Source: Macrostomum lignano (Eukaryota). Taken from it: a stretch of DNA of 64,000 bases. The DNA lies in NCBI GenBank assembly GCA_002269645.1, contig NIVC01002962.1, forward strand, positions 1 through 64,000, given 5' to 3'. The notes below the pieces were generated by a model. The model ran no database searches, had not been told where the DNA came from, and saw nothing but the letters and a program-made list of their open reading frames with translations. Position 1 is the first letter of the stretch, and each line of letters begins with the position of its first letter. Shown here piece by piece: positions 44,586 to 58,100 of the stretch. The position numbers and the translations under genes were made by a program.

Positions 44586-47500
44586 ATGCCTGAGCAAGTT
44601 GTTCGAATTGGTGTGACAGATTTTGTCACATATACATATGAAGATTTGCAGGATGCAACCAACAGTAGATTCATTCAAAAAATATTACAACTAAGGAAAA
44701 CTGTGGATTCAATTTCTTATGTATGTCAATTTTTTTATTGCCTAATTTTTTATATACAACCCATTTTACCTTTTTGACTATTGCCTAAGCAATAAATAGG
44801 GCCCTATCTTTTTATGACAGTATGACATGAATCCTTATTAATATTCGGCTAGAGCCTAGGTATGTTACAAATTTGAATATCAAAAGAATATGCTATTATA
44901 TGCCTGGATGGAATTCTTGCAGAAAAATCACAACGCGTTATGCAATTGAGCGAAAAAAATGCGATTTTGCATAAAAAAATCCAGAAAAAATGTGTTGCAG
45001 AATTTCAGACAAAATTTCTAATTCTTAATATATGCAAAAGTGCGCTTGAGATATTGGATTTTGCAAAAGATAATCTTACCAGCTAATATCACAAAGAAAA
45101 ATAAAAAGTAAAAACTAAATAAGGCACAAAAGTAAAAATTAAAAAAAAATTCTATAAAAAGTAGAAACTCGTAACATTCTCTAACATTCATATTTGGACA
45201 AAAATTCAAATTACTACATTATCTTAGAATGCATTTTTCATTATTGTCTTTCGTTATTTTGTTATTTCGTTATTTTGCGATGTGCTAAGTACCAAAATAA
45301 AAAATGCGACCAATAAAAAATATTTTGCGTGCCATAAAAAATCGCATAATTCCATTTGACTTAAGAAATACAAGAATTCCATCCTGGCTTATATGCTTAT
45401 TTTATTATACGCAATTTTGAATTTTTCAAAAAAAGAATTCTTGCATAAAAGTTATTATGCCTCTATGTGTGCTTTCAAATTTGTCTACAGGTGTATGTTG
45501 AAAATGGGCCTACCTGCTTGCATACTTTAAAAATATATATATAGTACTTATGTACATTTGTACAAAAAGCTATTTGCTACATAATTATAATGCATAGGCC
45601 TACAATACAGTTATAGTAATAGTAGCTTCTATATTTCTTCAGTTTACCTTGTGCTCTTGATTGTTTACTTTCTTATGAAATTTAGTCTAGACTTCTCTCT
45701 CTCCCTATTTTCATTCTGATTAGTTTTCACTTTAACTTCCTAGCCTTTTCTATCCTTTTATTCCATTTGTATAGCTAGCCCCCTTCTTTTTGTATGCTCA
45801 AATTAAAAGCCAACTTCTCAGTTCTTAATGCCCTAAACCCTAATTACTTACTTTTATTTTTAACCAAAATGTCAATATTCAAATCTTAATCTATTTTAAA
45901 TCTTTACCCTACATCAAAGTGACTAATTAATATTTCAATTATCAATTTCCAATTCTAATTCAAATTATATATTCTATTCTTAACATTAACTAGAGATGTT
46001 CCAAAATTTTGATTTAAATTTAAATTTTCTAAAATTTGCATTTTTAAAGCAAATTTTAATTTCTAAATAATTTGGAAATCAAAATTTTAGAAGTGCCTAC
46101 TTCCAAACTTCTTATCTGATGTTAGTTTTTTTAGAACTTTGTTACTGCTTTCATTAGTGATATTATTACATTTTTTACATGTAAAACTATTTGAATTTGT
46201 TAAAACTGTTCCATACATATAGAACATACATATAGGGCCGTATGCAGAAAGCTCTGTCTAGGGTAGTCCGGTCTTGAAAAGCTAGTCTGGACTTGGATTT
46301 GGTATGCAGAAATGCAAAGTTAGACCGGTCTACTATAGCAGAACTAGGGTAGCTGGACCATAGACTATAGACTGAACTACCCAAGTCTGGACTAGCTAGT
46401 CTAGACTAAGCTTTCTGCATACGACCCATAGTTTGTGGAACTGTAAATTTTTCAATTCTAATTCAAATTATATATTCTATTCTTGACATTAACTAGAGAT
46501 GTTCTAAAATTTCCATTTAAATTTAAATTTTCTAAAAGTTGCATTTTTGAAGCAAATTTTAATTTCTAAAGAATTTGGAAATCAAAATTTTAGAAGTGCC
46601 TACTTCCAAACTTCTTATCTGATGTTAGTTTTTTTAGAACTTCATTACTGCTTTTATTGGTGATATTATTACATTTTTTACATGTAAAACTATTTGAATT
46701 TGTTAAAACTGTTCCATACATATAGAACATACATATAGTTTGTGGAACTAAATTTTTGTAAATTTTGTTGCACTTTAAAGCTGTAAAAGCATCTGCTGAT
46801 ATATTGCACATTTTTGCATAATACAATACAATAATGCATATGTACATTTACCATACATGTACATGCATTATTGTTTACACAATCTCAGTTTATTGCTAGT
46901 CATGCAGTGATACATGTATATTTTAACTAAATTTTATACATGTACAACTGAGTACACGTAGTTTTTGCATTGAAAAAAGTTTTTGCATTTAAAGTGGCAA
47001 TGAGGGATTCTACTTATTTAGTGGCTAAAAAAAACTAACTTCTGCTAAACATACATATATTTTGTTTTGCATGAGCAGTAAATTTAAAGTAAAAAAGTGA
47101 GTGTTGGTTGTACTAAACTTTGTTTTTCTGAATTTTGATTTCAACTATATAGCTGCAGTATTAATTAATTATTTAAAATTGTATTAATTTGACAAATAAA
47201 TAAAATACAACTTAAGAAAAGAAAATTAAGCAATTATTTATACCTATTAAGAAGATAGTATAAAGGGGTTCTATAGTGCCAGCTGGTTATTAGGGATTGC
47301 TAATTGAGTTTGTTGATAGATGGGACCTAGTGCTATAGTATAGTTAGTCTATAGTGCTGTGGGTGATATTGCTAGTATATGTATCTTAGCTACACAAATG
47401 ATCTGATTGGATAGCTGTCTATGAGCCCATGTTGGCATAGTGTAGATTGGTTTTTTATAAGATATTATGTCATTTTTGGGAACAGTAAGGCTGCTAATGG

Positions 47501-48908
47501 GTTAGCTACATTTATTATATAATAGCAACAGCAATGCAATGAGATTAAGAAGTAATGATAGTAGATAGTGGATAATAGTGCTTTCAGGCATCTCTATTAA
47601 TAGCATAAAAGCATGTAAAACATTCACAAAGAGGCTGCTCAACATCTCATTGGACTATTTGTGGAAGGGTTTTTGTTGGTTAGTGAATAAGAGCAAGGCA
47701 ATGGTTCTTTTAGTAGGATAATTAATGGAAATTAGATTGGGGATTCAAACAAAGAAAAAGAAGAGGCATGATTTGTATCATTGTCATCATCACCATATAT
47801 TTATAGATTTGTAAATGGTTTCTAGAGTTTTCTAGAAAGATTGAATGCATCCTAACAAACTAGTTTTGACTTTTAGAAATCTAACGAAATTTTGAAAAAG
47901 TTATTAAAGTATGATATAGTAGCAGTATTCATAGAATATTTACTATGTACTAACAAGGCATTTAGGAACAATAGTCTATAATTTCTCAGTAATATTGAGT
48001 ATCTATTTATTTATTAATATAAATAAGAGCTTATCTAAGCCATATAATAATAGGCTCTTAGCATAAAAAATGTTTGCTAAACAAATATTAAAAAATAAAA
48101 TAATTTAATTATTGCCATTAGTATTTTTTGTCCATTTTTTAAATCTTGTTATTCTGTTTGAATATATAAAGTATATATAAATTTCAAAACTGTACACAGA
48201 ATCTTGTTTCAAGCACAAAGAATTGTTATTTGAGCAAATAAAAATCTAAGTTATTTTAACTGGACTCTAAGCTACAATACTATATAACCTCCTGAGTAAA
48301 TAGTCTTGTCTTCTCTGAACTTTGTCATGCTAATAAATATTTTTATAATTTAATTTTTGTTTTAATACCAAGGGTAAGATGATAGTGTATCATCTTTAAC
48401 ATGTATATATATACTCTTAACAGATTCTAAAATAGTATTTCCTCAATTCAAGACAAAAAATTCAAAGTAGAATACAAACAAAATACAAATTTTAAATAAA
48501 AAATACCTCTCATTAATAGGACTTGGACTTAGACAAAGCAGCACTGAACAAGGTTCGCAAATCAGTGAAAGCTGTTTATGGATCTGGAAAATGTAAGTTA
48601 TATTTTGTAATTTAACTACTGGCATTATTTCTCGCATAGTAACACTTGCACCCCTGTCTTGCACCTGCAGCGCACATTCAAAGCGAAAGCGATCTGTCTA
48701 ATTTGCTAGCCGAGCTGGGCAACTATGCCATCGACGAGGGCGCCGACTCTGTTGGCAGCGCGCTGTCCAAATTCTCTGTTGTTACCAAGGAAACGAATTC
48801 TTATTTTGCTAATTTGGTATGCTCTGCTGCTGGCGGTTGATGTCACTTTTTTAGTGTTTCTTAGATGGATATATATATAGATAGATAGATAGAAGGATAG
48901 ATAGATAA

Positions 48909-48958
<50 letters not shown>

Positions 48959-48964
48959 TGATAA

Positions 48965-49033
<69 letters not shown>

Positions 49034-49080
49034 AGGATTAGAAGGGTAGATAGATAGATGGATGGATAGATAGATAGATG

Positions 49081-49137
<57 letters not shown>

Positions 49138-52100
49138 GTTCATTGAAAGAAAAACAATGATGAAACTCAACAAACCGAAAAATCATTAACCCGCCCCCTC
49201 CACCAGATGCAAAACCTGTCCAACATAGTGCTAAGCCCGTTGGAAACTTTCATCAAAGTGGAAATGAAGTCCGACATGAAGAAAGGCTTCGACAAGGCAT
49301 TGAAAGAATACGAATCAAAATTCGACAAGATTCGTAAAGAAAAGATTCAAGCCGCTAAAGAGGCTGGTCACACCAAGACAGACGTGTCAATGACCGAGGT
49401 AAACAATAGATTGGACCCATTTGTCTATTTTCTTGACTTAGAAATTGAAGCTAGTCAATAAAAGTAGATTAATATCCACTGAATATCGACATCGTCTCAC
49501 AGCAACCAGGGCTGAAGCAATGCTGCCCATTCTACCGACTCTTAAGCACATTCTTGAGCACGCGCTCACACACACGCTCACATAAGGTGTACAACAGCTC
49601 CGGCTTTCTAATCGTTCAAGGCGTGTACACTCTCTGTGCTTTGGCGGTTGGCCCAAATTTGCTGTGAATCGCACGGCAACACTAATCTCCATTTTCTTAC
49701 ACACAAGCCCCGTATAAATGTGGGCCGCTCACAGAATCGAACCACGGGCCGTGTTGCAAGAGACTCAGACTCGTTTATTGAAATAAAAAAGACAAAAGCA
49801 AAGACAAACATTTAATTAATATTCATTCTTCTTAGACAACTGCTATATAAGTTCCGTGCTTAAAAAATAATTCTAGTTGTATATATGTGCACTCTAAACA
49901 TGAAAACTTTATTAATATCTATAACTTGCTTACTATAAAATGAAATGATCCGATACTAAAAAAAAACACTGCCTTGCAGATTCAAGAGGAACTTGAACGG
50001 GAACGGCGGTCCTTGCAGCTGCAACTGTGCGAGGTTTGTTCTAGTTTAATAAAACATACCTGTTACTGTTTCTTGATACTTTTGTTCACCTCTATCAAAC
50101 GCTGTTTTTTAAATACTAGAGATAATATACAGCATAGTTCTAAATAAGTGTTTTTTCACTCTGCTCATTTTTTTCTCGCAATATGGTCCAAGAAACGGGT
50201 CTATGCAGGTTTATTTTGCGTGCAAGTAAATTGCTTTGGACAGACAGATAATAATAGTAGTAGGAATAATAAGAATGCCAGCCACAATAATGTAAAATAT
50301 CCAATAAGAATGGTAAGTAAGTTTGTTACTCAGTTTAGAAAGAGTAGATATAATACAGGATCGAGTGGTCTCTCGAGTTGCTATAGGAAATGAGGAAAAA
50401 TAAGAGATATTTGTACAGAAAAAATAGTCGACAAAGCAAATTATTAAAAGCAGAGCGGCACCGAGTGTACGATAAAAATATGTGCTTTTATACATTGGTT
50501 GTAACTTGGCAGGTTGCTTTATTCTCAGATCATCAAAAGTTCGGGCCCGTTAGGCGTGGAAGCTAGATTGGCATTGAGACGGAGAGTGTATGCGTATACA
50601 ATAATAATAATATAAATTGCAGACAAGCTGGTCTGGCGTTTGATAAGAAGCTGCCTATTGATATTGCAATAATATTAATTTAGATCTTAGAATAATAATA
50701 ATAATAATAATAATGGATTAGAATGTGGAGCTGCTTTACCGAAAGAACTGTCGTTATAGAATGCAAGATATTGTGTGCTCAAAATGGATCTCACATGCAT
50801 CTGTCTCGTCTTCTTGTTGCGTCTTTCGAATGTCTCGAGTGTCTCTGTCTGCATTATGTTAGATGAATTATTTAATATTATTAAATAAACTCCGTACCCT
50901 CTAGCGGTGTGTCGAATACGCGGACCATTTGGTAGCACTTTGGTCGCCTAACATTGCCGCCTCCTACGTGTAGAATCTGGGCCTTGCCTTTTGATAATCG
51001 GCGCTTACCGATTCGTCTGCCAGTTTTATTTCCAGGCCGGCGTTGCCTTGTCGCCGATCTAGCGGAGCTTGCATTCGTTTGGCTTCCGGTTGCAACAGCA
51101 GCCTCTTGCGTTGGTACTATTGGAAGTTGTTCGTCGTCATCGGCGTCTTCTATCGTTTCGAATGCCGTATCGGTTGTTGTTATTGGCGCAATTGGTTTGT
51201 TTGTCGCTGTCCGTGTTCTTGCTGCTTTTACTTCTGCTTCTGCTGCTTGGCGTTTGAGGTCCTCTAAAATGCGGCTGTAGATATCGGCTAGAGCTGCATC
51301 CGCTGCGTTGCCTTCTAGTACGCTGCGCTCTCTTAACTGAGCAATCTGGTTTGCTAGCGTCTCTGCTACGTCTTCGTTCACATTTTGGTGGTCCTGTTCG
51401 ACTTCTTGTGCCGCCTGCCAGTGCTGGGCTTCCTGTTCCAGCTCGTCTAGTCCGACTTTGTCTTCCGCTTCGGAAACTGACTCGCACCGGATTAAGTCGT
51501 GCTCCGCAGCTATCTCATCCTCCTGCTCGGTCTCTTCGTTAGCGACGACTTTCTCTTCGTTGGCGTCTTCTGTTAGATTTTTGCGCGGGCGTCGCTTGAT
51601 CTTGACGAAGCTGACGTGGCCGGGTTTAACTGAATCGCACAGTTGAGGACTGTCGCCTTCGTTGACGAACAGATACGGGCTGTCCGAGACAGATACTAGC
51701 TGTTCAACTTGCTGCTGCTGCTGCTGGTTGGCGTCGGACGATATGTTTATATTGCTAGCATTTTTAGCATTACGACGAGCGTCGCGGTTTTTGTTGTGCT
51801 TCAACAGGGCTTGCGGATCGGCGGTTGGCGGCTTGCCTAGTCTCAGGTTTAGGTAAACGCTCTTGATGTCAGCAAGTTTCTCCATCTCGCTACGGATCAT
51901 GTAGTTTGACGCTTTTTCACTCCGATTCAGGTCCAGGATTACTCCCAACCGCACGTCTGCGAACGTGTTCTGAAGATTCGGATTTAGTTGGAAGTCGATC
52001 TCGTCAAAGCTATATGGCGGAAATTCAGCTTCCAAAAAGCGAATCAGCTGTCTGCTGTGCAACAAGACGTGATATAAAATTCCAATCAGTCGCTTTATAG

Positions 52101-55100
52101 TCCTAGCTAGAATAAGACGCTTGTTATTGGCCTTCTTAGTCGGATCAACGTGCGCATGTTTCTGCTTTTGATCGCCCTTCTGCATCTTATTTAACTTGTC
52201 AATATTGTCGAATTGCTGCTGTAGCAGATTTAACAGTAGCACGGCAGCGTTGCGCGCGTCTCGATTCTGCATTTCCACCAGCTTTTTCTTGGCCTTGACC
52301 GCATCCGGTGGCAAATTGTTGCCTCCTTTGCCTTTCTTCTTTTTGGGCGGCGGTTCAATTACAAATAAGCCGCGCTTGATGTACACGTCTACAGTGTCTA
52401 GTAGCGGTTGTAAAGGCGTCTTGTTAGCCACTTTGGCGCCAGTTTTCAGCGCGTGCAGCAGCACTCTAGTGGCTTCGGACGCATACGGCCCTGGGTCAGA
52501 GGCCGAGTTCTTGCCTTTCTTAGCCGCGGCGGCATTGTTATTAGCGTTGGCGCCGGGGTCCTCAGCCTCGTAGCCCGCATCGTAGTCTTGAGCTTGGGCC
52601 ATCACAATCTGCGGATTATAACCGTCGGCAATCATCTCTTTGATACAATTTCGAACCTCTTCGTAGCGCACTCTGGTCTGCTGATAGCTGGCGTAATCTT
52701 CGGCGATTTCCATTAACGATTTCGTGCCAATCATTCGAGCACCGTGCGGCAGGTTATCCACTTCGATTAGTCCGGTTTGAACGCGTTGATTTTCATTTTT
52801 CGGATTAACAATCGACATTGGCAAGCGTTGGAATTTGTAAAACGCCGGATCAAAAGTCATGTTATGTACGAGGCGAGCTAGCGGCAACAATGGTCGTTCG
52901 TTCATCAGCCACAGACAGTAATCTAACCAGTCCGTGAAGTAGTAGGCTCGACGTTCGTATCTCCGTCTTGCTGGCATGCAGATTGGCTCTAGTGCCTCCC
53001 ACTTGTTCATTAGCATGTCGGGCACGTATTCGTAGCAACCGCTTCGTAGAACGATCACCGACAGCGGGTAGGCGTGAAAATCTCCAGTGACCGTGTCTTG
53101 GACGTGAGTGGCGTACTGCGGCTCCTTCAACGTGTAAAGCGCATCTCCTATGGGATCTCGATAAGCCAGAGCCATTTTCACCACGTCGACCTGTGATTAT
53201 TGGGGAATTGCAGTTGTGAATATTTTAATTTAGACTTTGATATCGAGTTAGTTACCTGTGTTAACAACTATTCAATTATCGTGAGTGTCAATAATGACCT
53301 ACTTGTCAATAAGTTTATTTCCATGACACCCCATTCTCTCTATCTTATGCTCCTCGATTCAATAGATGATTAAATTTAAGTTTTAAAAAGAGACTTACAC
53401 TCTTCAGATAGAAGGCCATTCCGAGCACAGTTAGATAGATAATCGCCTGCTTGTGAAACAGACTGTTAGCAGATGGATCGGCGCTATTGTACATTTGGGG
53501 ATGGTCTAACAGTTGAAAATAGCTAGTCTTGAACGCTTCCGGTTTCAACTCCATCTTGCGTCTGATCCGATCAACGTCTTGATTTTTTAGCATGGACGCT
53601 AGCCAGCGGGTATTAGGATGATCTAGAGTATAGTACTTCGGTATGGCATAATAGAAGCACGTGTCCAAACCGTACAATGGATCCAAATAGGCCGATGGCG
53701 TTGGAAGCTTCACCATTTCTTTAATTAGTTGCTTAGCACTTAGCTAGCTAGACTGAGCGTGTAGTTGAGCTTCTGCACGAGTAGTTAAGTGCCGCAAGAT
53801 TAGTTAAAGAGAAGATGGGTGGACCTGGCTCGATCGCATTTTAGTGCCATAGACTATTAATTTTCTGACCTTTGTGAGTTGTCAGTTTGATAGTTTTTGT
53901 TATTTAGTCGATAAATTTGTTAATTCCATAATTTTTTGTTTTCAGTTTTTCATCAAAGCCAACGACGTGAAAACTAAGAAACGTTCGGGCCTGATGCAGT
54001 ATTTGATTGACTATTATACTGCTCAGATGATGTGAGAGTTTTCTCTGTTTAATTGATTGCATTTCTGGGTGATTTGAACAACTTGCTCTTTCTGAACTTA
54101 AAAAACAACCATTCTTAGCTTCATCTATACTATATGATTATATTATTCAGAGAATGTTAGGGATATGCTATCCATCAGGAATCTACCCTTCTTTTCATAT
54201 AATTTCTAACATTCTATCCGTCTAATATCTACCATTCTATCCTTCTGATATTTAGCATTCTATCCGTCTAATATCTACCATTTTATCCTTCTAATATTTA
54301 GCATTCTATCCGTCTAATATCTACCATTCTATCCTTCTGATATTTAGCATTCTATCCGTCTAATATCTACCATTCTATCCTAATATCTACCATTCTATCC
54401 GTCTAATATCTACCATTTTATCCTTCTAATATTTAGCATTCTATCCGTCAAATATCTACCATTTTATCCTTCTAATATTTACCATTCTATCCGTCTAATA
54501 TCTACCATTTTACCAGGGTATCCTTCTAATATTTACCCATTCTATCATAATATCTACCATTCTATCCTTCTAATATTTACCATTCTATCCGTCAAATATC
54601 TACCATTCTATCCTTCTAATATTTACCCATTCTATCATAATATCTACCATTCTATCCTTCTAATATTTACCATTCTATCCGTCTAATATCTACCATTCTA
54701 TCCTTCTAATATACTTTATCATTCTATCCTAATATCTCTCTTCTATCCTTTAGGGATCCTTTTTCTATCCATCACGGATCTACCATTCTATCCTTCAGGA
54801 TCAACCATTCTATCCTTCAGGGATCTACCATTCTATCTCTCAGAAATCTACCATTCCATTCTTCAGGGATATACCATTCTATCCTTCAGGATCTACCATT
54901 CTATCCTTCAGGATCTACCATTCTATCCTTCAGGATCTACCATTCTATCCTTCACGATCTACCATTCTATCCTTCAGGGATCTAACATTCTATCCTTCTG
55001 GATCTACCATTCTACCCTTCAGGGATCTACCATTCTATCCTTTAGGATCTACCATTCTATCCTTCAGGATCTACCATTCTTTCCTTCAGGGATCTACCAT

Positions 55101-58100
55101 TCTATCCTTTAGGATCTACCATTCTATCCTTCAGGATCTACCATTATATTAGTGACGCAAATATTCCAATTCAGCATATTTGCAGTGAATTTACACAATG
55201 TCAAATTATTATCAAACCTTAAAGGTACTTCGAAGAGTCGGTGAAAACTCTCAAACACCTTGGCTGCTACATGCAAGACATGGTCGGCACTGTTGAAGAG
55301 TTACGCAGCGAGCAAGACGAAGAGAGGCGAACTCTGGTACGACTGAGAGACGAACTCAGGACCGCCATGGCCGAGAAAGAGGTAAATAATTTCTCTTTGA
55401 GACTTTGCTCGTAAGCGATTACATTAACGATATGTTGCGTAAAAAACTTAATTACAGACGCATATCTTCGGTTTTTTTAATTCTAGTTTAAAAAGAGGTT
55501 TGTTTATCTACTTGTATATAAGACTGAATTGCCTGCTTTGATTGGTCAAGATAATAATTCAAAATTGAAATAAATATAGAGATAAAATCGTACAAAATAG
55601 TGATAATTATGATTTATGAGCACAGGAATATCATATGCGACATTTTTACAATGTCAATATGTGAATACAATCGCTAAATGATGATTGCGTTGACTGGTTT
55701 CAACTTTTCTTACTGACGATTTTTCTGGCATTCTTTGGCAACAATTAACAAAGTATGTTTTTAATGATAAATTAGCCATTTATAAAAAATTGCTTGAAGT
55801 ATGTTATGTATGCTGAAGTTTTTAATTGTGCTCATTTTATTTTATTATTTTCAAATCAAAATCAGCTGACTAGCCATCCCAGGAGAATGTCGTCGGTAAG
55901 ACAATAACAGATTAATTATTTATTAGTATTTTTGTTATTTTGTTTTTTTAACGTCGTTGTAACTGTGGAAATTTCGTAGCCGTGTGCTTGTCCGTTACTA
56001 TTTTTAGAAACTCTCTAAGCTGTAAAGTACATTTTCCAGGTCGTTTATGCTATTATCTGCATGGAATATCTACTATGATATCAATGCCTTATAATAAGCC
56101 ACGTGACTTCTAAGCTATTTGAAGGGTTATTCTTTTTGAATAGATAGGAATAGAAGAGCGTAGGCAACGCCCAAAATATGCTGAATAATGAAGCTGTTAG
56201 GATGTACTTTATCTACCCGTTCTCTTCAATTATGTCATATCTGTCGTCTTTGTTATCTTTTTGTAGTTTTTATGCTATTGTATTTTTTTGTTTTAAAACA
56301 ATCATATTTTGTGTTTCTGAAAGCCCAATTAGTTAGTATCGTAGATAGCCTTATCGTTTCTTTTTATTAGATACAAAAACCTTGGTGCCAACCCCATAAA
56401 TGCCAAAAATACTGATTTTAAACTCAATTAAATCCAAAGTACACACGCCAAAAGCCAATCCCCAAAGCCCCGTTCCAAATGTACACATGCCTGAAGCCAA
56501 CCCCCGAACTCCCGTCCCCAATGTACACAATGTACACACGCCTGAAGCCAACTCCCCGAACCCCCATCCCCAATGTACACACGCCTGAAGGCAACCCCCG
56601 GAACCCCCGTCCCCAATGTACACACGCCTGAAGCCAACCCCCCGAACTCCCATCCCCAATGTACACACGCCTGAAGCCAACCCCCGAACCCCGTCCCCAA
56701 TGTACACACGCCTGAAGGCAACCCCCGGAACCCCCGTCCCCAATGTACACACGCCTGAAGCCAACCCCCGAACTCCCATCCCCAATGTACACACGCCTGA
56801 AGCCAACCCCCGAACCCCGTCCCCAATGTACACACGCCTGAAGCCAACCCCCCGAACTCCCATCCCCAATGTACACACGCCTGAAGGCAACCCCCGGAAC
56901 CCCCGTCCCCAATATACACACGCCTGAAGCCAACCCCCCGAACCCCCGTCCCCAATGTACACACGCCTGAAGCCAACCCCCCGAACCCCCGTCCCCAATG
57001 TACACACGCCTGAAGCCAACCCCCGAACTCCCATCCCCAATATACACACGCCTGAAGCCAACCCCCCGAACCCCCGTCCCCAATGTACACACGCCTGAAG
57101 CCAACCCCCCGAACCCCGTCCCCAATGTACACACGCCTGAAGCCAACCCCCGAACTCCCATCCCCAATGTACACACGCCTGAAGCCAACCCCCCGAACCC
57201 CCGTCCCCAATGTACACACGCCTGAAGCCAACCCCCCGAACCCCCGTCCCCAATGTACACACGCCTGAAGCCAACCCCCGAACTCCCATCCCCAATGTAC
57301 ACACGCCTGAAGCCAACCCCCCCCGAACTCCCGTCCCCAATGTACACACACCCCGAAGCCAATCCCCTGAACCCCCTTCCCCAATATACACACGCCTGAA
57401 GCCAACTCTCTATTTAATATGCAAATCTTTTCTTTTCTACATTAAAGACAGTCGGTGTTCTCACCTCTGGCGGCTCGTTCTCCCTATCTGGCGTTGGCAA
57501 CACCGTCGCCTCCTCAGCCGGTGGTGGCGCCGTTGGCGCTGCGTCTGGCTCTGCGGCTGCCGCAGCACCGGGTGGCACGGCGAATTCCGCTTCATCGTCC
57601 TCCGGGGCGGGCTACTCTCTTCATCAGAGTCAGGGTAACCGGGCCCACGGCACCTGCAAAATCGGCTACCTAATGAAACGATCCGAAGGCAAAGTGAAGC
57701 GAGTCTGGCAGAAACGACGCGCCACCGTAGACGAAGACAGATTCCTGTTGTACCACGCCGACGAATCGAAGCCGCCAGTGTCGCTATTGCTGCTCACCTG
57801 TCAGGTGCGACAATCGCCCGAGGATCGAAGCAAACGCGCCTTCCGTTTGATATCGAATAATCGGACATATTATTTCCAGTGCGACTCAGGGCCAGAGGCC
57901 GAGCACTGGGTATCCGTGCTGAATAATGCCAAAGAGAAAGTCTTCCAGGCTGCCATGGGCGCGCCTCTGTCTAGCGGAGCCGGCGTCGATGGCTCTGACG
58001 GAGTCAGCAATCCGTCGGAGAATTTAAGGGCCGCTATAATTAGAGAGATTCGCAATCTGCCAGGGAATAATGTCTGTGCCGACTGCTGCGCGCCTGGTTA

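Noticed and set aside
48706-49186. YLSI-repeat ORFs
   Set aside because: (GATA)n microsatellite.
50954-52716. Multiple plus-strand ORFs of 60-125 aa within ASAP intron 5
   Set aside because: Antisense shadows of the 767-aa minus-strand ORF; they lack ASAP similarity.
56351-57405. Three overlapping ORFs of 312-346 aa on the minus strand
   Set aside because: Translation of the roughly 42-bp intronic minisatellite; open in several frames with only repeat content.
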